The notes beneath the pieces were generated by a model. It did no database searches and was not told where the DNA came from. It worked only from the letters and a program-made list of their open reading frames with translations. Below are positions 36,011 through 38,785 of a stretch of 38,785 nt of DNA, piece by piece. Every line of letters starts with the position of its first letter. Position 1 is the first letter of the stretch. Origin of the DNA: a bacterium (lineage in GTDB: Bacteria; Joyebacterota; Joyebacteria; Joyebacterales; Joyebacteraceae); NCBI GenBank assembly GCA_025774645.1, contig JALGVN010000009.1, forward strand, positions 1 to 38,785. Reading direction: 5' to 3'. A program made the translations under genes and the position numbers.

Positions 36011-37207
36011 GTGAGCGGTTCGCGTGAGCACGATTCCCCCGAGAACGACCTCCGGATGACCGTCCTCGCCATATACTCGTGGCCCGCGTTCTGGTCGATG
36101 GGCGAGGGAAGCGGCGCGCCCTCCTTCTTCCTCTCCATCACGAGTTTCCCGAAGCACGGACACCGGATGCACGTCCTCATGCCGGGTGACCGCAGCAAGC
36201 CCCGGGAGGAGGACTACCACGGGGTCATGCTCCACCGCTTCCGGAGCGGCGTCGACTTCAATCCGGACGTCGGCCCGAGCAAGGTCGTTCAGCACCTCCG
36301 GATCTTCTTCTCGTATCTCTACTGGTACCTGCGCGCCGTCCCGGTGCCCAACGTGACGAGGCTCTTCGGTCAGGGGCTCGGCCAGGTCGCAGGCGACCCT
36401 CTCAGACGCGCGCTACGCTACCCCGAGATCAACGCGTTCCGCACCCCCTCGAGCTACCTCGTGCTCCACAACGACGGGTCGGGCGGCGACGAGGTGGCGC
36501 GAATCGAGGGCGTTCCGGACGAGAAACTCCGCTTCTGGCCGAACGGGATCGACAAGGCCGCGTACACGGCCGGAACCGAAGACGCGGCCGAAGAGGACCG
36601 GCGATCGCTCGCCGTCGAGCTCGGCGTGCCTGAGGGATCCCGCGTCGTCCTGAGCGTCGCCCGCCTCCATCCGGAGAAGGGGCTCGACCGTCTGATCGAT
36701 GCGGCGCCGAAGGTGGCCGCCGCGCGTCAGGACGTCGTCTTCCTCGTGGTCGGGGACGGTCCGCTCCGAGCGAATCTCGCCGCCCTCGCCGCGTCCCGGG
36801 GCGTCGCCGACCGTTTCCTGTTCGCGGGATCGCTCCCGCGCGAGAGGCTGCCGCTCGTCTACGGGTTCGCCGACGTCTTCGTGGCGCTCTCGAACAGGAC
36901 GAACATGGGGAACCCGCTCGACGAAGCGATGACGTCGGGGCTCCCGGTCGTCGCGTTGAACACCGGACGGACGGGGGACGTCGTGAAGGACGGGGACACG
37001 GGCGTCCTGCTCGAGATGGAGGATCTCCCAAAGCTCGGGAGCGTCCTCCTCGATCTTCTCGCGGACGACGAGCGGCGCTCGTCGCTCGGGGCCGCCGCCC
37101 GGATGAACGCGGACGAGCGGCTCCCGACGGTAGAGGAGCGCCAGGCGATGGAAGTCGGGATCGTCGAGCAGGCCGTGAAGGAACTCCGGGCCGGACGCTC
37201 GGGGTGA
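36011..37207 (+). CDS. GT4 (GT-B fold) glycosyltransferase, possibly with an internal in-frame deletion
   Basis: WPNGID, LSVARLHPEKG, VVGDGPLR, ADVFV...GNPLDEAMTSGLPVVA; SD GGGAGG before GTG. Confidence 0.88.
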   Translation: MSGSREHDSPENDLRMTVLAIYSWPAFWSMGEGSGAPSFFLSITSFPKHGHRMHVLMPGDRSKPREEDYHGVMLHRFRSGVDFNPDVGPSKVVQHLRIFFSYLYWYLRAVPVPNVTRLFGQGLGQVAGDPLRRALRYPEINAFRTPSSYLVLHNDGSGGDEVARIEGVPDEKLRFWPNGIDKAAYTAGTEDAAEEDRRSLAVELGVPEGSRVVLSVARLHPEKGLDRLIDAAPKVAAARQDVVFLVVGDGPLRANLAALAASRGVADRFLFAGSLPRERLPLVYGFADVFVALSNRTNMGNPLDEAMTSGLPVVALNTGRTGDVVKDGDTGVLLEMEDLPKLGSVLLDLLADDERRSSLGAAARMNADERLPTVEERQAMEVGIVEQAVKELRAGRSG

Positions 37208-37212
37208 GAGAC

Positions 37213-38580
37213 ATGAGCGAGGTGTCGATGGAAGAGGAGATCGAAGGCCGACCGGTCGAGAGCGTCGGAAGGGCGGTGTTCCGCGGGAGCCTCATGACGT
37301 TCGGGACGAGGCTCGCGATCGTTCTCGTGAACATCCCGACCTCGATCCTCGTGGCGCGGCTCCTCGGCGCCGAGGGTCAGGGGCTGTACTCCTCGGGCAT
37401 CATCATGCCGACGCTCTTCGCATTCGCGGGGCTCCTCGGCATCGACACCGCGCACACCTACCTTCTCTCGAAGAAGCAGTACCGGCCGTCCCAGGTAAAC
37501 GGGCAGACGCTCATCCTCGCGGCCGTCCTCTCCGTAATCATCGCGGCGGCGTACCTCGTCTTCCTCCGGTTCTACGGACCCGCGCGCGATCCTGAGCTCG
37601 GGCCGATTCTCACGCTGGGGGTCGCGCTCATCCCGGTGCTCCTCGTCAAGTACCTCGGCGTCGCGTTCATGCTCGGACTTCAGAGGATCAGACACTTCAA
37701 CCTCGCGAACTTCGTTCAGGCGGCAACGCTCCTCGTCTTCATGTGCGTCAACTTGTTCGTAGTGAAGGGCGGGGCGCCCGGCGCCGTCGTCGCTTACCTG
37801 GCGAGCGAGGCGACGGTCACGGTGATCGCGTTCTTTGTCGCGCGGCGCGAGGCCGGCTCGGGCCGGCTCGTCGAGATGCCACCGGCCGGGCTCTTCAAGC
37901 GGTCGGCGATCTACGGACTTCAGGGACACCTCGGGAACATCCTCGTCCTCTTCACGTACCGGTTCGACATGTTCCTCGTGCTGTCGATCGCCGGGATTCG
38001 CGCTCAGGGACTCTACTCGATCGCCGTCATCCTCGCGGAGAAGCTCTCGCACATCCCGGACTCCGTGAAGGTCGTGCTCTTCCCGAAGCTCGCGTCGCTC
38101 GGCACGGAGGAAGCGAACAGACTCACGCCGCGCGTCACGAGGAACGCGCTCTTCCTGACGGCCGTCTCGGGTCTCGCGCTCTACATCCTTTCACGGCCGC
38201 TTCTACTCCTCTTCTACGGGACCGAGTTCAGCGAATCGCTCAGGGCCTTCCAGGTCCTGATCCCCGGGGTCGTCTTCCTCGCGGTCGCCAAGATCCTGTC
38301 GACCGATTTCTCCGGCCGCGACAAGCGGCTCTACTACACCGTCGGCACCGCAATCGCCTTCGCGACGAACGTCGTCCTCTGCCTCATCTGGATCCCGAGT
38401 CACGGGATCGTCGGCGCCGCCTGGGCCTCGACGGTCGCCTACGCCCTCCAGGCGGTCGTCATGCTCGTCTTTTTCCGGAAGCTCTCCGGGCGAGGGATTG
38501 CGGAGACGGTCTTCCTCCGGGGCGAGGATTTCGCCCTCTACGGGGAGCTTCTCAAGAAGCTCCTCAAGCGCGGGAAGTAG
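37213..38580 (+). CDS. Wzx/MOP-superfamily polysaccharide flippase
   Basis: 12+ TM helices; ARLLGAEGQGLYS, RFDMFLV...GLYSIA, LFPKLA, WIPSHGIVGAAWAS; alternative GTG start at 37204 overlaps the GT4 stop (GTGA). Confidence 0.88.
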   Translation: MSEVSMEEEIEGRPVESVGRAVFRGSLMTFGTRLAIVLVNIPTSILVARLLGAEGQGLYSSGIIMPTLFAFAGLLGIDTAHTYLLSKKQYRPSQVNGQTLILAAVLSVIIAAAYLVFLRFYGPARDPELGPILTLGVALIPVLLVKYLGVAFMLGLQRIRHFNLANFVQAATLLVFMCVNLFVVKGGAPGAVVAYLASEATVTVIAFFVARREAGSGRLVEMPPAGLFKRSAIYGLQGHLGNILVLFTYRFDMFLVLSIAGIRAQGLYSIAVILAEKLSHIPDSVKVVLFPKLASLGTEEANRLTPRVTRNALFLTAVSGLALYILSRPLLLLFYGTEFSESLRAFQVLIPGVVFLAVAKILSTDFSGRDKRLYYTVGTAIAFATNVVLCLIWIPSHGIVGAAWASTVAYALQAVVMLVFFRKLSGRGIAETVFLRGEDFALYGELLKKLLKRGK

Positions 38581-38626
38581 CCCCCCGCACGTCCGTACTG
38601 CCTTCCCGAACCTCCACTTGCCCCGC

Positions 38627-38656
38627 TTGCCCGGAGCCTCCACTCCGTGGTAGAAT
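38627..38656 (+). promoter_or_regulatory. Probable promoter for the next gene
   Basis: TTGCCC-18 nt-TAGAAT with extended -10 TG. Confidence 0.5.
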
Positions 38657-38727
38657 CCCACGCCCCATGAGAGTCACACCATGGCCCAACCCGGCCCACT
38701 CACGGTTCGGGGAAGAGGAGGGAGTGC

Positions 38728-38785
38728 ATGATGTTGAGGACAAGGACCACGCTCGCCGTTTTCCTGGGCGTCTGCGTGCTCGCGG
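38728..38785 (+). CDS. 5' fragment of a secreted protein (signal peptide), truncated by the window edge
   Basis: SD GAGGAGGGAG then MMLRTRTTLAVFLGVCVLA... Confidence 0.6.
   Translation, partial: MMLRTRTTLAVFLGVCVLA

Overview
High-GC bacterial chromosomal window. It holds 19 complete CDSs plus one partial CDS at the right edge; I see no rRNA, tRNA, CRISPR array, transposase or integrase. Four secreted proteins end in a FlgD-Ig/T9SS-CTD-like domain and one ends in a 'PVxxxTWGxIKxLY' tail, which suggests an FCB-related uncultured lineage such as Eisenbacteria, Krumholzibacteria or Latescibacteria (inference). Contents in order: an FG-GAP/PQQ-repeat secreted protein; a small TWG-tail protein; a heterodimeric ABC exporter; a 1771-aa repetitive tail-fibre-like secreted protein with a ~440-nt structured leader; a MacAB-type ABC efflux operon; a membrane/spermidine-synthase-like fusion; a translationally coupled operon (geranylgeranyl reductase, secreted beta-helix protein, CapA-family phosphoesterase); a papain-family protease fused to beta-helices and FN3 domains; two tandem paralogous secreted proteins with matching promoters and structured leaders; a Ser/Thr kinase-TPR protein; an EamA transporter; a GT4 glycosyltransferase with an apparent in-frame internal deletion; and a flippase. 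The best lead is the reductase, which by my recollection of the Sulfolobus sequence looks colinear over its full length with crenarchaeal digeranylgeranylglycerophospholipid reductase. All family calls come from motif recognition by eye, not from database searches.
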